NCBI GenBank assembly: GCA_964016885.1
Contig: OZ024750.1
Coordinates: forward strand, 47,554,001-47,618,000
Source of the DNA: Eledone cirrhosa
Lineage: Eukaryota
DNA: 64,000 nucleotides
Direction: 5' to 3'
The position numbers and the translations under genes were made by a program. Positions 20,243 through 35,913 of this stretch are shown piece by piece. Positions within the stretch are counted from its first letter, which is position 1. Each line of letters opens with the position of its first letter. The notes beneath the pieces are model-generated. The model saw nothing but the letters and a program-made list of their open reading frames with translations. It was not told the origin of the DNA and did not search any database.

Positions 20243-20434
20243 AATAACTGTTTCTTCTTTTGGCACAAGGCCAGCAAATACCCGGTGCATTACTGGTACT
20301 TTATTTGATCGATCCCATAAGGATGAAAGGCAAAGTTGACCTCGGCGGGATTTGAAATCAGAATGGCAAGGGCCGTAACTCTATGCGTCAAAGCATGGGG
20401 TCCGACCCTCTACCGATACTGCCAATCCACCGCC
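20243..20434 (-). mobile_element. SINE family A
   Basis: A and B boxes, shared body; imperfect TSD ATATAT(G/A)AATGCAATAA. Confidence 0.88.
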
Positions 20435-20623
20435 ACTTTAGATATATAAATGCAATAATGTTCTTCAGTTAAGTTCGAAGTTGTAAGCCTATTACAAATC
20501 AATGTAATGTCGGTATGGGTATCTTATCGAAGCAAAGCAAGACCTGACTCACTTATGTTTTGTCAGGATTTCAACCCCATACCTTACAAAACGAAATCAA
20601 ACACATGCACACAAACACACATT

Positions 20624-20719
<96 letters not shown>

Positions 20720-20791
20720 CATACATACATATATATATTTATTAAAATAACAGATTAAAGTTTAAGCAAAGTATCGCTTATATATATATTT

Positions 20792-21298
<507 letters not shown>

Positions 21299-22571
21299 TA
21301 GCGAGTATCGCATTACGGTTATAGGAAATTAGCGAAAAACAACTTCCTAAATGTGTGGCAAGCGCTCAATAGAAACGAGTGAACTAGAGCAATAAAAATA
21401 CATTAAAAGGCCAAACACACTGAGACGATGGTTAAACCATTATCCGCAAGGCCATAGAAGCGAACAAGCTATTCGGGTCAAACAAATAATAAAATATGAT
21501 TGAAAATTATGCCCGGATCCTCGGAAACGGTGGTAAAATCCAATATGGGATTTCTGCAACTCCTAAATCAGGTTCTGTCTGCTTAAACAAATAATGTTAA
21601 GCTTTTGGTATGATGATCGAACAAGGAAGTCTCTTTTTCAACGGGTATTTAGTTCTATGCAAAGAAAAGGAACTGAATTGCACCAAGAAATATAATACAT
21701 CGGCGTGAAGAGATTCGGAATATATTTGTTTTAACATATGTTTCTGTGTCTGTTATAATTGTCTACATATGCTGACTACATTATATATTGTTCACTCATA
21801 TGCAATCTTAGTACTTCAGTATGCGGTAGAATTCAGTAATGTAATTTTCTTTTAAGGAAATGTGAATAACATGAAATATCATCAGTTAATGTGTAGAGAG
21901 GAGATGGAATGGGTGTAAAGAGTTCCACACTATCATTCCGTGTGATGTGATGTGGACCAATTGTTCTTTGACCCTTGTTGTAGGTGAAGGTTTTGATGTT
22001 TACCATATATGGGGTTTTCAATTAAATATTTACATTTTTCATTTCCTATAGTTGATAGTGGGATAGAAATGGGATATGTATGTTATATTCTCGCAAGAGA
22101 ATCGTAGAGGCATCGTAGTAATGTACAACCTTTCATGGGCATTTTAAAGTTGTTCGAAATAAATTACAGTATAATGTCGCCTGTTCAATGACCCAGTAAA
22201 CTGCAAGTCACACACTAGATTAACGTTTAGTATGGTTTCATTGAACCCTCCAATTTATTTCTCTCTAATATGTGTAATATATGCAACGATAAATAATATA
22301 AGTTTACATATCCATTAAAATCGCGTTATACATCAGCCATTTTACCTCGGTTTTCTACGTGTCCATGGGTTGGACGGGTCCATTTAAGAACATAAGTATC
22401 CCCACGTCACGTTCCATTGTCATCTCCTCTGTTAGTGTCAGCGAACTGAGATCAGCTCTCACCACCTTTGCCAAGTACCTTCGTAATTTCTACTTTAAAA
22501 CCGAAAGCGTATGGTCTTCAAAATGTTTTTAATTAAACATACGGGATATTGCCAAATATACTATACATACA

Positions 22572-22666
<95 letters not shown>

Positions 22667-22692
22667 GGTTACACAACCGTTAGTTCACCATA

Positions 22693-22732
22693 CCGAGAAC
22701 AATTGTTTCACCTTCGCGGATCTTTAGCTCGG
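22693..22732 (-). ncRNA. Hammerhead in the 3' pLTR of PLE family 2 (G5 changed to A)
   Basis: CCGAG-CTAAAGA-TCC GCGAA GGT-GAAA-CAATTG-TT-CTCGG; the sister copy at 45564-45602 has CTGAGGA. Confidence 0.75.
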
Positions 22733-22914
22733 GATGTGTATGGTTATAGGAACAGGAAGGACAACCGTACGAACGCGCATGCGCAGAAACTCGGTCACTT
22801 CACACAGGCAATACTAGACTGCGTGCGGGAGATGTAAGGGAGATAACTGCGAAAGTCAGGAAATTTTTAGGTTGAAAAATAAAATTAAAAAATAAAAAAT
22901 AAAATTACAAAGGA

Positions 22915-23845
22915 TTAGTCCGCAGCCTTGTAGTTATGCAACATATGTTTGGTGGCGTGTGCACATCGCGTGAACAACTCACTTCTCGTGTTTAGGCAAT
23001 CACTATTGCGTAATCTCTTTAGGATAGTTATTCGTTCGTCAATACATAAGCCACACGTTGGATTTCCCCTTGCGCATGGCTTGGACTTGGTGATGGCTTT
23101 CCATTGAATGGAGTAGCCTATACTTGAGTCCTTGAGGGACCATATGTGGCTCGCGAGTTTCGTGGATGAACGTCTTTCCGGGTATCTGAAGGTAGACTGG
23201 TGGTTCAGGAAACGCTCCTTGAATCGGCCCTCCGCCATGCCCACATAGGGTTTGACCTCCTGTGGTTCGTTTGGTCGGTTGGAAGTGACTACATCTTCAA
23301 TAATTACATTTGGTGTTGAAGGGGGCGAGCTTCAGGCTTACGGCAAGAGCACCCTGGTGGGGAGTTACTCCTAGGGATGCTGGTCATGTGGGCCTTCATG
23401 TTCTTAGTGCGGGAGTATGCTAGTTTAACTTGTGTCGGTTAAAGATGGAGCGGTATTTATGACCTATGGGGAAGTGTCTATCTAAGAGGGCTAGAAATGT
23501 TTTTCCTACATCGCTTTTAACCTTGAGTGAGAAGGGAGAAGTGAACCAGATAGTTTGTCTATTGATGCGCTTACTTTTCTTAATGGTGTTGTTGTTAGTG
23601 GGAGAGTAGGTGATAGGTTGTGAGAAGCCGCTGTTAGCCAACGCCGTGTTATAGTAGAGTGCCGCCCTGACAAAGATAGCCTTATTAGAGGAGAAGTTTG
23701 TGATTCTAGTACTGATATTCTTAACGAAGTTTCTAAAAACAGTGGGAGGGTAGCATGAGTCCTTGTGAATGTAATTAAGTTTCTCGTTTAGCTTATGGAA
23801 GGGTCTGTGGCTGGGTGTGTGAAGGTCTAAATTAATGTCTAAGAA

Positions 23846-23848
<3 letters not shown>
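22915..23848 (-). pseudogene. PLE RT C-terminus plus GIY-YIG endonuclease (frameshifted)
   Basis: YFLDINLDL, YIHKDSCYPP, IWFTSPFS..VGKTFLALLDRHFP..IFNR, YVGMAEGRFKERFLNHQSTF, LASHIWSLK, CGLCIDE, LNTRSELFTRCAH. Confidence 0.88.
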
Positions 23849-23934
<86 letters not shown>

Positions 23935-24056
23935 CCTTTCCATTTGGGATCTTCTGATTCTCCTTACGTTATAATAATTGATAATTAGAAATATATCATT
24001 AGAACTAAATAAAAATTCATATTCTAAAACAGGTAAATGTTAATTAGTACATTAAT

Positions 24057-24246
24057 AATATTTGTTTCTACTGTTTACACAAGGCCGGCAATTATCCCAA
24101 TGCAGTACTGGTACTTTATTTTTCCGACCCTATAAGGATCACGACACAGTTAAACTCGGTGAGATTTGAACTCAGAATGCAAAGGGCTATAATTATGCTT
24201 CTAAGCATGGCGTCTGACCCTCTACCAATACTGCCAAACCACCGCC
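24057..24246 (-). mobile_element. SINE family A (diverged)
   Basis: Similar to the other copies. Confidence 0.85.
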
Positions 24247-24334
24247 GTGTACTATAATAATAAGTTATGATTTCATGATGTTTGTTAAGGAGTTCACCTA
24301 GCTAAAGTGTCGTTTTTAGTTCCGTAGACACTGG

Positions 24335-24401
<67 letters not shown>

Positions 24402-24625
24402 GTGCGTGTGTATGTGTGTGTGCGTGTATGTGTGTGTTAGTGTGTGTGTGTTGATGTGCGTGTGCGTGAGTGTGTGTGTGTGTATGGAATTTAGAAAAGT
24501 GACACACGGGTGTATATATATAAGTAAATAGTAAAAAAGAAAAAATACGGTAGAAAATGCTGAAGGGTTTTTTTCGGTATAATGTCAAAACATTTTATTT
24601 TAAAGTGGGTATTTCCGCATTTAAT

Positions 24626-24665
24626 CGCAAAACCGGTTTCAGGATTATTTGCTTTTTCAACGACG
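24626..24665 (-). ncRNA. U3-A8 hammerhead-like motif in a distinct pLTR fragment
   Basis: CGTCG-TTGAAAA-AG..CT-GAAA-CCGG-TT-TTGCG; stem I imperfect. Confidence 0.55.
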
Positions 24666-25237
24666 AAAGTGCAGTTAAATTGCATATTTATACGAATATT
24701 ATATAAAATGGAGAAGAAAACTGATTGGTTTTCACATACATATATAGAGAGGAAAGTTCATGTCTCTGTCCTAGGCTCTCTTTCGTTCTCTGCTAGTTGA
24801 CCAGCAGAGGTGTAAAGCACTCTACGACATGTGTTCCTTAAAATATGTCCACTAAGGTATCAAACTGGCAATGTTAGAAACAAAAGAGACGATTCTAAAT
24901 GCACATCCTCTATATTCTTGTTATACGTATTTCGAAGATTTCAGAGTTATTGCCCAATAAATATTTGACATGTTCTATTCAGACCTGTGCAAAGTTGTAG
25001 TGATTTTGGTTTTAATATTCTACACTAGTTTGGAACGTGTTGTTATTAGTCTACTCCAGTTGTCATATGATGTACATTCTATTTCTGTCGACACGAGTTT
25101 GCGTGACATACCACTCTTAATACAATTCTTGTGATTGTTGGTTGGGTAAGGTATCAAAATGCCAAAGGGATCCGTCGCTTTGGTTCATATATGTTAAATA
25201 ATTGTACATCGTATGACTATATGTTGAGAGAGAGAGT

Positions 25238-25288
<51 letters not shown>

Positions 25289-26083
25289 GGAGAGAGAGAA
25301 AGAGAGGGGGGATATAGGGAGAGAGAGGGAATTTCATTACATCAGAGCTATAAGCTGAAACAATCAATACAATTAATTAATTGACTGCCTTAAATATTTA
25401 AAGTGGAAAACAGAAATTGACATCAAGATAATTGGCTAATACTGTTGTCCCAAATATGACACTATACCTAAGGTAATAAATATATATTTTTTATGATCTT
25501 CGTTTATAGAAATCACTAGCACTGTAGTAATTAATATTGGAGACTAACTTGGAATGCGTTTAAAAGCAATAATGATGTTAACATTAGGAACTAAGCCAGT
25601 AATTCTGCGAGAAGGGGAGGGTTGATTGAAACTCACACACATTATTTTCTGTTTGTTTAATTGACCTCTGAGGAATGAAAGGGGAAGTTCACAAGGCATT
25701 TTATCTGTCGCTCTACCAAATCTGCAAATAGTCCCATTTTAAATATTGGTCACTCAGTTTGACACCAATCCAGCAAATTTCAGGAAATAAGAAGATCAAT
25801 CATATCGATACCAGTACATGACTGGTACATTATTTTAGCAGCAGCAGAAGAATGGAAGGAAAAGCTGACCACAATGGAATTTGATTTTCAAATGTAGAAA
25901 GATGGAGGGAAGTTAATTCAATGTGACCTATTCTCTAACTCTTTTGACAAAATACAAAGTTGCGAACCGTTTGGAAGAAATGTAATTGAAAAAAAACCGC
26001 AAAAGTACTTCTCATTTTTGATCAGATCTAGAAGTTCGCCCAGAAACCAAGAACCATAGAAATGCAATGTTCCTAGTTTTGTG

Positions 26084-26273
26084 ATAATTGTTTCTACGTT
26101 TTGGAACAAGGCCAGCAATTAGCCAGTGCATTACTGGTACTTTATTTTATCGACCCCGTAAGGATGAAAGGCAATGTTAACCTCGGCGGGATTTGAACTC
26201 AGATTGTAAAGGGACGTAACTATGCTGGAAAGCATAGCGCCCGACCCTCTACTGATACTGCCAATCCACCCCC
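26084..26273 (-). mobile_element. SINE family A
   Basis: Near-full copy. Confidence 0.9.
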
Positions 26274-26419
26274 AGCAACTTAGGGTTGGGAAGACAATTA
26301 TAGCAAGGAAAATATTTTGAACCCAAATGTATGAAAGGTGACTTTAATGGCGGTGAGATGTGAAATCAGAAAATAGAAAATAAATGCAGCAAAACAGCAA
26401 TGACAATTATGACTATAAT

Positions 26420-26622
26420 GGTTCCTGATTTAGGCATTTGGCCAACAATATTTTGGGAGGGAATGTCGATTACATCGACCCCAGCACGTTACTGGTGCTT
26501 TATTTTATGGAACCCCGTAAGAATAAAAGGAAAATTTCGGCGTGATTTGAAAACAGACAAAATTGGCCGTCACTCTACGCCACGTAACGTGATGTCTGAC
26601 GCTCAAACGAACTGCCAATCCA
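26420..26622 (-). mobile_element. Older SINE related to family A (similar decayed copies at about 25570-25900, 34790-34975, 43640-44095, 47290-47470, 53540-53680)
   Basis: GTCGATTACATCGACCCCAG..ACTGGT..TTTATTTTAT..ACCCCGTAAG motifs. Confidence 0.6.
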
Positions 26623-26681
26623 CTAACCTAATGATTATAACAAGAATAACATTCATTATATATATTTGAAAGAATACTTAC

Positions 26682-26829
26682 CGACTCGAATTGTCCTCGG
26701 AAGGCTTTCCACGGACCGAAAACTGTAGGTGCAAATAATAGCTACAAGAAATATTTGTACTCCCCAGATATTTCCATTCATCGTTATTGATCCTCGTTTG
26801 GTAGACAAATCTTGTTCTTCGTTTGGCAT
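26682..26829 (-). CDS. Probable first coding exon of an ionotropic glutamate receptor (kainate/GRIK-like): signal peptide and start of the N-terminal domain
   Basis: MPNEEQDLSTKRGSITMNGNIWGVQIFLVAIICTYSFRSVES-LPRTIRVG; hydrophobic signal, then LPxxIRxG as in invertebrate kainate receptors; phase-1 donor G|GTAAGT at 26681; strong acceptor TTTCTCTTCCTTTATATTTTTCAG at 27131 (exon 26682-27130); start is ATG 26829 or 26781. Confidence 0.65.
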
Positions 26830-27774
26830 TTCTAATTTGCGCAATTAGCGTTTATAGGAAAACAAATTAATCACACAAATTGTAAAGCCCTGTACGTCCT
26901 GGACTTATTGAATTCAGGTCAAATTCAATGTTAGTTTCATGTTGACATGGGTTTAAAAGTTGCTAAATTCTTGGTTTTGCTACTGCATTTATGGTTCTGT
27001 GTTTTATTTTCCTTCTTCCTTTCTCTTCTAATCTCCACCTAGGTTTTCGTAAGTATCACCATTATTCACATATTAAGACATTCCGAAAATACAAATTCAC
27101 TTTTATCGGAATTCGGTCCAAACAAAAAATCTGAAAAATATAAAGGAAGAGAAATGTGTAAGAAATCTTCAATGCAGAATTGCCTAATCAGTGGATTACA
27201 ATAAATAGCTGGGAATAGCGGGTAAAAGAACTCTATAGACAGAAATAATGGTCAGAATGTGCTACAGATAATTGAAAATTCTCGCTATCAAATTCTAACT
27301 AAGCGCTCTGTAACATTGCGTAAGACGCAATATGGATATGTTATTCAGGTATATGGAAACAAATTTGGTAGACGGGACAGGTTGACTTACTCAATACCAA
27401 TATTTGACAGCTACTCCATTTGTGTAACCATTGGAGGACGTAATTCAGAAGAAAGACCAACATGAAATATTAACCTACGTTTTACAGATTCGGTAGAGGT
27501 TAGGGTTTTGAAGGAGAGACTATAATCTATGATGTAATGGATTATAAACAATAAACATACAGAGATGAGATACTGAATAGAGTTGCTTTGTAATGGGATC
27601 ATGTAGAGGTTCAGACAATTGAAAGATCCCACTTACACTTATTGAAGGGAGCTTGACGATGGTTGGTTGGGAAAAAGGGGTATAAAATGGACTGGACGAC
27701 TATATATACATTCCCTCTCTCTCGCTCTCTCAGATACACACACACACACGCGCACACACACACCGACGCACACA

Positions 27775-27811
<37 letters not shown>

Positions 27812-27824
27812 ACACACACACACA

Positions 27825-27877
<53 letters not shown>

Positions 27878-27879
27878 AT

Positions 27880-28188
27880 GGTGAGTAATCCAGTGAAATC
27901 GTTAGAAAACTTCGAGTTCCGCTGGGTTAATTCATTAGATACTGAGTCAGATATTAGGTATTAATTTAACAATGAACATAATAAAAACAAAGTCGAGTTA
28001 TTTTACCTATTCATATCATTCGGAGAGTTGATCATATTGAAATATTGTCTGATCTATATCAGACCGTCTTCTTCTAAAACAATGTGTCAATATTATCAAA
28101 CCTTCGAAACGATCGTAAAACAATGATATAAATAGATAAAATAACTCGACTTTGTTGTTATTATTTTCATTGTTAAATTAATATCTAA
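27880..28188. mobile_element. Older fold-back cassette (inverted repeat 27954-28188) with hammerhead remnant
   Basis: Complementary outer arms of about 67 bp; GAAA-CGATCG-TA at 28106-28117. Confidence 0.7.
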
Positions 28189-28279
28189 GATATATATATA
28201 TATATGCGTGTGTGTGTATTTGTGTGTGTGGGAGGGGGGGTGCACGCGCGCACGTATGCGTGCGTTTAACTGTGAGGGT

Positions 28280-28313
<34 letters not shown>

Positions 28314-28585
28314 GTTTGTGTTTGTTTTGCGTTTTCTCTGGTTCATGCCCAACCGAGATCAACAATCCATGCAGTGTTAATATAATAAAGCAACATTTAA
28401 GTAGTGCAACAATCAAGGTAAATTGATTAACGCAGAAACATGTGGCAAATATGTTAAGGCCTGGACATAATTTCTAACGCCAATTAGCTACAGCAATGTC
28501 TCAGTTTTTAACATATATTTAAAATCTAGGAAAATTTTATAATTATAGTAATATATTTAGTTATAATTTTAACCCAAACGTATAC

Positions 28586-28637
<52 letters not shown>

Positions 28638-29415
28638 TTACAATTAGTGTGAATGTGTGTGTATAATATTTGTGGTGGGGGAAAGAGGAAATCAAGGATC
28701 ACGATGAACAGAGTGTATGATTGTGGAGTCCTCACCTCGTTATGGCAAGATACTATGTGACTTAGCGTGCGTGAAAGGGAAAACTATACTTTTACGTATA
28801 TGATTTTTTATTCATAAATTTATTTCGTGTTGTTTATATTTAATTATGTATATTTTGTAAATAAAGCACTTAGAAAATAAAGTACTATTTTATAAATAAA
28901 GCACCTATTTTTAATACTCGGTCAATGTTTCCTATATAACGTTATAATTTCAACAGCACCTGATAATGATTATTAAAACAACAATGGCAATACTATTTAT
29001 TACAACAATGATTATCTTAGATAATAAACGTTTGCCGTTGATTGAAAATACATATTGTTATAATTAACTGACAAAAACAGTCAAATGTCCTGTATGAATG
29101 TGATAATGTTAAACGAAAATTAAATTATACAAAGTAGTAATATATGGCATATATTGTACTATTAAATCTGACAGAGGCCATCTCTTTTTACAATTGAAAA
29201 CTACAGATGTCCTTCATCGAGAAAAAGGGAGAAGGAAAGGATATGAAAGAAGAATCGAGGCTAATTCTTACAGGATCACTTCCAAATTTATCAACGGATT
29301 AATTGATACTAAGCAGAACAAACACCACTTAATATTTCATCATATGTGATCAATCCACTGACACGCACACACACATATATACACACACACACACACATAT
29401 ATATTTATATATATA

Positions 29416-29485
<70 letters not shown>

Positions 29486-29492
29486 TAGATAC

Positions 29493-29540
<48 letters not shown>

Positions 29541-29545
<5 letters not shown>

Positions 29546-29771
29546 CAAACAGCACGGACACGCTATCTATTATTTTTGAAAAGCATTTAGAAATGCGCAA
29601 CCGGTAAAAACTTAAAAGCTTAAAACCACAACTGAATACTAACCCATACAATCACTAATACTCTTTTATTCCTAATTAAACCATTTTTCAACTGTGAACA
29701 ATTTGTCAGCATTTTCTATTCCGTTTACCAATATATAATAACTTGTGTGTTACACCTCTATTCTTTTAACT
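29541..29771 (+). mobile_element. Solo pLTR fragment with U3-A8 hammerhead (29573-29610); related copy at 1858-1935 (-)
   Basis: TTT-TTGAAAA-GCAT TTAGAA ATGC-G(C)AA-CCGG-TA-AAA; CTGTGAACAATTTGTCA..CCGTTTACCAATAT is mirrored at 1856-1900. Confidence 0.65.
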
Positions 29772-30287
29772 ATATATATATATAAAGGGTTCTACACTTT
29801 GTATTGTCTAACTTACTTACTGTGATTACCACCGATTAATCCCGGGGTACATTTATATATATAAATATATATATGAAAACATTCAGGAACCGGACGTCGG
29901 AGATCCGGCCGTTTCGGGCGCTAGATCTTTATTTTTCTTTCTTTATTTTATTTTTGAACCTAATGTATTCATACAAATTAAGAATATTTGAATTCTCTCT
30001 TGGTAGTGTGTGTGCGCGACTGACTATGTTAACAACTTCAGGTCAATAGGACGAGTCACCCATTTCCTCTTGATTTTCATCCTGTTGGTCACTTCCTCGC
30101 CACCAGGATATTTGATATTTCAAGACTTTTAGCAGGAAGAAACAAGCCATTTAAACAAAGGTACACCCACCTCCGATCATTCACCACTCCCAGCCACCCC
30201 TCCTCCCGAAAAAACAAACAAACAAGATAAAATTTAAGATTTTAGTCTGTCTGTTCATATATGGATTATATCTCTACCACAAACTAT

Positions 30288-30352
<65 letters not shown>

Positions 30353-30354
<2 letters not shown>

Positions 30355-30483
30355 ATTTATTAAAATAACATATTAAGGTTTAAACAAAGAATCGCTGCTT
30401 TAACGCTTAACGGGATCTTCTGTTTCGGATAATACCCTTAAAGGTGAAAGCAGCGATTCTTTGCTTACAATTTTAATAAATAT
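30353..30483. mobile_element. Fold-back cassette; same family ends at 20738-20778 and 57484-57546
   Basis: AAAGAATCGCTGCTTT/AAAGCAGCGATTCTTT and flanking complementarity. Confidence 0.7.
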
Positions 30484-30763
30484 TTGCTCTGTGGTTCTTA
30501 TATATTTGATATATATTTACCCCTATCGAGCCGTCTGCGTAATTTAGTCTTCTCATTTGGTGTAAGGCCCAGTTACTTTAGGTTAACCAAAGTGAGCACA
30601 AATGCAGGGTTTCTAGTACGTATAGTGTTGTTGTACTAAAATAATATCAAATAATATTAATAATAAAAGGACGAGCTTTTGATTCCAGAATCGAACACGA
30701 TCTATACAGATCGAGCTGCCTAGAACTAATCAATAGGGACAGGCTCATCTAACCTGCATAAAT

Positions 30764-30955
30764 ATAATTGTTTCTACTATTGGTACAAGGCCAGCAATTA
30801 ACCATTGTATTACTGGTACGTTATTTTATCGATCCAGTAAGGATGAAAGGTAATGTTAACCTCGGCGTGATTTGAACTCAGACCGTAGAGGGACGTAACT
30901 ATGCTGGAAAGCATGGTGTCCGACCCTCTACCGATACTGCCATTTCACCTACGCC
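30764..30955 (-). mobile_element. SINE family A
   Basis: Near-full copy; TAAATATAAT on both flanks. Confidence 0.88.
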
Positions 30956-31041
30956 TCAATAAATATAATGAAGATATAACACAATTTTTGTTATTACTAT
31001 ATATATATATATATATTGATATATATGTATATATATATACG

Positions 31042-31092
<51 letters not shown>

Positions 31093-31110
31093 ATATATAT
31101 GTATATATAC

Positions 31111-31163
<53 letters not shown>

Positions 31164-31188
31164 TATACATATATATATATATATATAC

Positions 31189-31321
<133 letters not shown>

Positions 31322-31639
31322 TATACGCAAGATGTAAGCAGAGATAAATAAACGAGACACTATATTAACTACAATAACTACAAATATATATATTGTACGA
31401 TTGATGTTGTAAGAAAATAGTTGATATATTTCCGACGATAGTTCTCATAACATAGACTCGTGTTTGTGTAGATGGAAAATAGTTTGTTTTGACGTAGAGT
31501 ATGGCGTTATTTATTTAAAAAATACATATTTAAAGCATCGAAAATCATATGGAAATGGAAAAATGTTACATTTATTCTCTGGACAAGTTCATGTCACTTT
31601 TCGTATTCTTTCTCTATGCACACACATTATATATATGTG

Positions 31640-31730
<91 letters not shown>

Positions 31731-32484
31731 GTGTGTGTGTGTGTTCGTGTGCGTGCATGTTTATATTTGTATATATGTGTTTACATTTGTTTACATTTGT
31801 TTATATTTGTGTATGTTTGTGCGCGCACACACACATACATACACAGATATATATATACATGTGTGTGTGTGTATATAAATATATACTTGTTTGTCTGTAT
31901 TTGTGTATTTATGTCTTACAGATTTTACATGCGCATATGTGTGTGCTTGTATATTTATTTTAGAGACACTGATTTTATATATACTTCGTATCAAGTTTGT
32001 TTTTCAGGCACCAAAGGAAAAGGAAGATAGTCATAAATAAATAAATGAATGAACGTTAAAAATAATAAATTTATAATACAAACCATATGATGGATAGGCC
32101 AACAGAAATACAAACAAATAGAAGGATAGATGTATAATGAATAAAAATAATCCCAACCAACTCTATCCAGACATGTATACTTACATAGTCAGACCAGACG
32201 AATTAGTATATCGGATAAAACCTCCACTAAGATAGTAGTTTATAAATAGTAAACATTCCGAAACCGCTTACTGCATGACACGGACTTAGCCATAACTAAT
32301 GATAAGATGTTAAAACCGTGTAAATAACATAAAGCTGACTTTATAACGTACAGCATTTACAGACATCTTCCGGTTTACTTTTTATCTTTTTTTTGCTGAT
32401 GTTTACCTTTGTTCTTCTTGATAATATTTGATTGTTTTAATTGTTGATTTGTGTCTTTATATATATATATATATATATACATAT

Positions 32485-32686
<202 letters not shown>

Positions 32687-32759
32687 ATAAAGCCATATAC
32701 ACACCCGTACACACACACACACATACATATGTATATATATATACATATATATATATATA

Positions 32760-32947
32760 TACGTTATTCCGGGTTGAATCGGAGGTAACCACAGTAAGTA
32801 AGGTACACAATACATAGCATAGTATAAAGGTTTTAATATAGATGAGATTCTACAGGACTAGAACTGTTTCATTCTTCAGAAATCATCATGATGATTTCTG
32901 AAGAATGAAACAGTTCTAGTCCTGTAGAATCTCATCTATATTAAAAC
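32760..32947 (-). mobile_element. Perfect 118-bp palindrome 32830-32947 (axis TCA|TGA in the hammerhead core) plus tail 32760-32829
   Basis: No mismatch seen between arms; TGATGA-TTTCTGAAGAAT-GAAAC-AGTTCTA-GTC-CTGTAG; same family as 2045-2180. Confidence 0.9.
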
Positions 32948-32971
32948 ATATATATATATATATGCATACAC

Positions 32972-33017
<46 letters not shown>

Positions 33018-33020
33018 CTA

Positions 33021-33077
<57 letters not shown>

Positions 33078-34976
33078 GTGTGTGTGTGTGTGCGTGTGTA
33101 TTTTTTTTCTCTTGTTGTAATCTAGGAAGATCAAGATCTCGTTCCATTACAAAGAGATTAACTCACCAACTACACTACAGATTAATGTAATCGGATTAAC
33201 TGTGATATATTTAATTACACATGCACACATACAGACAAATACAACCACACATTGACATATATACATACGCATCGACAAATATATTCACAATAACTAAAAC
33301 AAATATACATACGTGTGCGTATATATAACAAATCACACGAATATTTTTTTTTAATTCGTGTAGTAAAATGTGTGAATAATATCGGTGCCAGATTTGGAAT
33401 AAATCCTGAATTCTAACTAGACATATATTTTCCTAATATCGTGTGATTATATTTTCTTTATATTTCTTTTACAAATAACCTATATTTACATACCTACTCA
33501 CATGCACAATATTTATAATGATTCCAGTGATCTGTTACTCTAGATATCTCTCTATGTTAAAGGTTCCTCAGATTATGATAATCAATACACGTTCACGCTC
33601 GCGTCTGCATTAAGCGGATATGTATGCCGAGATATTTAAGTTCGTTTCACAATAATTAAGTCCAGGCTCCGATCTCACTTTACAGCATCTTGTATTAATT
33701 TCACACTTCGAGTTGTGAACCGATTTGTAAGTGAATTTGGTAGACGGAACGTTTTTCGAACCACTGTATGACAAACAGCTCAGAGCTGAATACCATAAAG
33801 AGGCTGTTCAACTGATAAGTCGCATAAATATTTTAGATTGCCAGTAGAATATGTGTAAGATCTATAAATGATCGTAAACCCGAGGTGGCCTGGTTGCCAG
33901 GTAACTTGCTCAATAATCTCAACTCATCAAACAAACTGTAATAGCTTTCAATGGTCTGATCTAGTGGCTAACTTCAATTACTATGATATTTACGGATCTA
34001 ATTATTCCCTCAAACCGGGCGACAATCCAACCAGTGTTATCTTGAGAAGTTTTACGTTTCAGTCGTTTAAAATTGTTCGTGGGAATAACCCGATCTTAAA
34101 TGCTACTTTAGAAGCAAGCTAGAATGTGTGATATTAGAGGTGATGTAAGGATCTAACATCCGCATGAATAGATGCAAATCCTTTTAACTAATGAGAAGTT
34201 TGCCGAAATGTTCCAGTATGGAAATGAAAACCTCTCACCAACTCAATTACACCTTATCTAAATATGTTACCCCACTGGTAACAGATGATTTGGGATGTCA
34301 TTATTTTCAACAATGCTATCGTGTTGGAATAAATCCACAGAAGCAAGAAATCTGGTATGTGAAGTCAGATACGCCGTGCGTGATATGCTAAATGAATATA
34401 TTTTCTTATAATCCAAATTATCCATTGTCATCGCAAACATTGTCAAAATCGGGGGCGAGGTTCCTCGAAGAATATGCTTAAATTCGCATCCTTATGATTT
34501 AACGAAAGAACAAAAAAAAAAGCAGCGATAGAAGAACATGTTAGCTGAGTATTGACTAACCAATTTAGCAAAACCCTCGCGACCGATCGAAGTGTTACTC
34601 GCGAAAGTTCCCCTCAGTCATTCATCTGATACAAAGCATACATTCACAGAGCTAATCTATGAGCTCTACGAAAAGAAAGACCTTTAGTCGCTCGATGTGT
34701 GATGCACATACAACAACATAAAGGAACTTTAACTGTCCTTCCCTCAAACTTTGTCATTTTAGTCCGTTTTAGAAACATTGATTCAGGCAAATCGCAAACA
34801 ATATCTATGGGAGGGGAAAGTCGATTAGATTGACTCGAGTAAATAACTGGTACTATCTCTTATCTCGATGGCAAAGTTAATATCGTCTAGATTTAAAGAC
34901 AAAACGAAAAGGCTCGAAAGTAAATGCTACAAATCATTTCCCCCAACTCCTAAGTGATTTTTTTCCAATCCTGTGC

Positions 34977-35271
34977 CCTTCAATAATTGTTTCTACTTTA
35001 GGCACAAGGCCAGCAAATACCCAGTGCATTACTGGTACTTTATTTTATCGACCCCGTAAGGATGAAAGGCAAAGTCAACCTTCAATAATTGTTTCTACTT
35101 TAGGCACAAGGCCAGCAATTACCCAGTGCATTACTGGTACTTTTATTTTATCGACCCCGTAAGGATGAAAGGCAAAGTCAACCTCGGCGGGATTTGAACT
35201 CAGATCGTAAAGGTACGTAACTATGCTGGAAAGCATGGCGTCCGACCCTCTACCGATACTGCCAATCCACC
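34977..35271 (-). mobile_element. SINE family A with a 102-bp tandem duplication of its 3' half
   Basis: 34977-35078 is repeated at 35079-35180. Confidence 0.9.
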
Positions 35272-35475
35272 AACATACATGACTCAATCCTTCTGTCTGC
35301 TTACCACTTCCTCTCTTTCCCAGTCACTCACTGACACTCTCTTTCTATCTATTTATCCTCTCCCTCTCTCTGTAAGTGTGATTGGCTACCATCACTAAAG
35401 AAATATCTCAAGTTAATACATTAAACATGATGTTGTATATACTTGTGTGGATGTACCTGTGTGTCAGAACATTAC

Positions 35476-35913
<438 letters not shown>

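Larger units (their letters stand above)
22664..23848 (-). mobile_element. Penelope-like retroelement family 2, 5'-truncated, between (TA)n/(GA)n and (TA)n
   Basis: RT thumb and GIY-YIG ORF remnants; 3' UTR hammerhead; second 3' fragment at 45533-45868. Confidence 0.88.

Noticed and set aside
29895-29922. GAAACGGCCG motif on the minus strand
   Set aside because: Only the 3' half of a hammerhead is present, with no CUGANGA or stem I.
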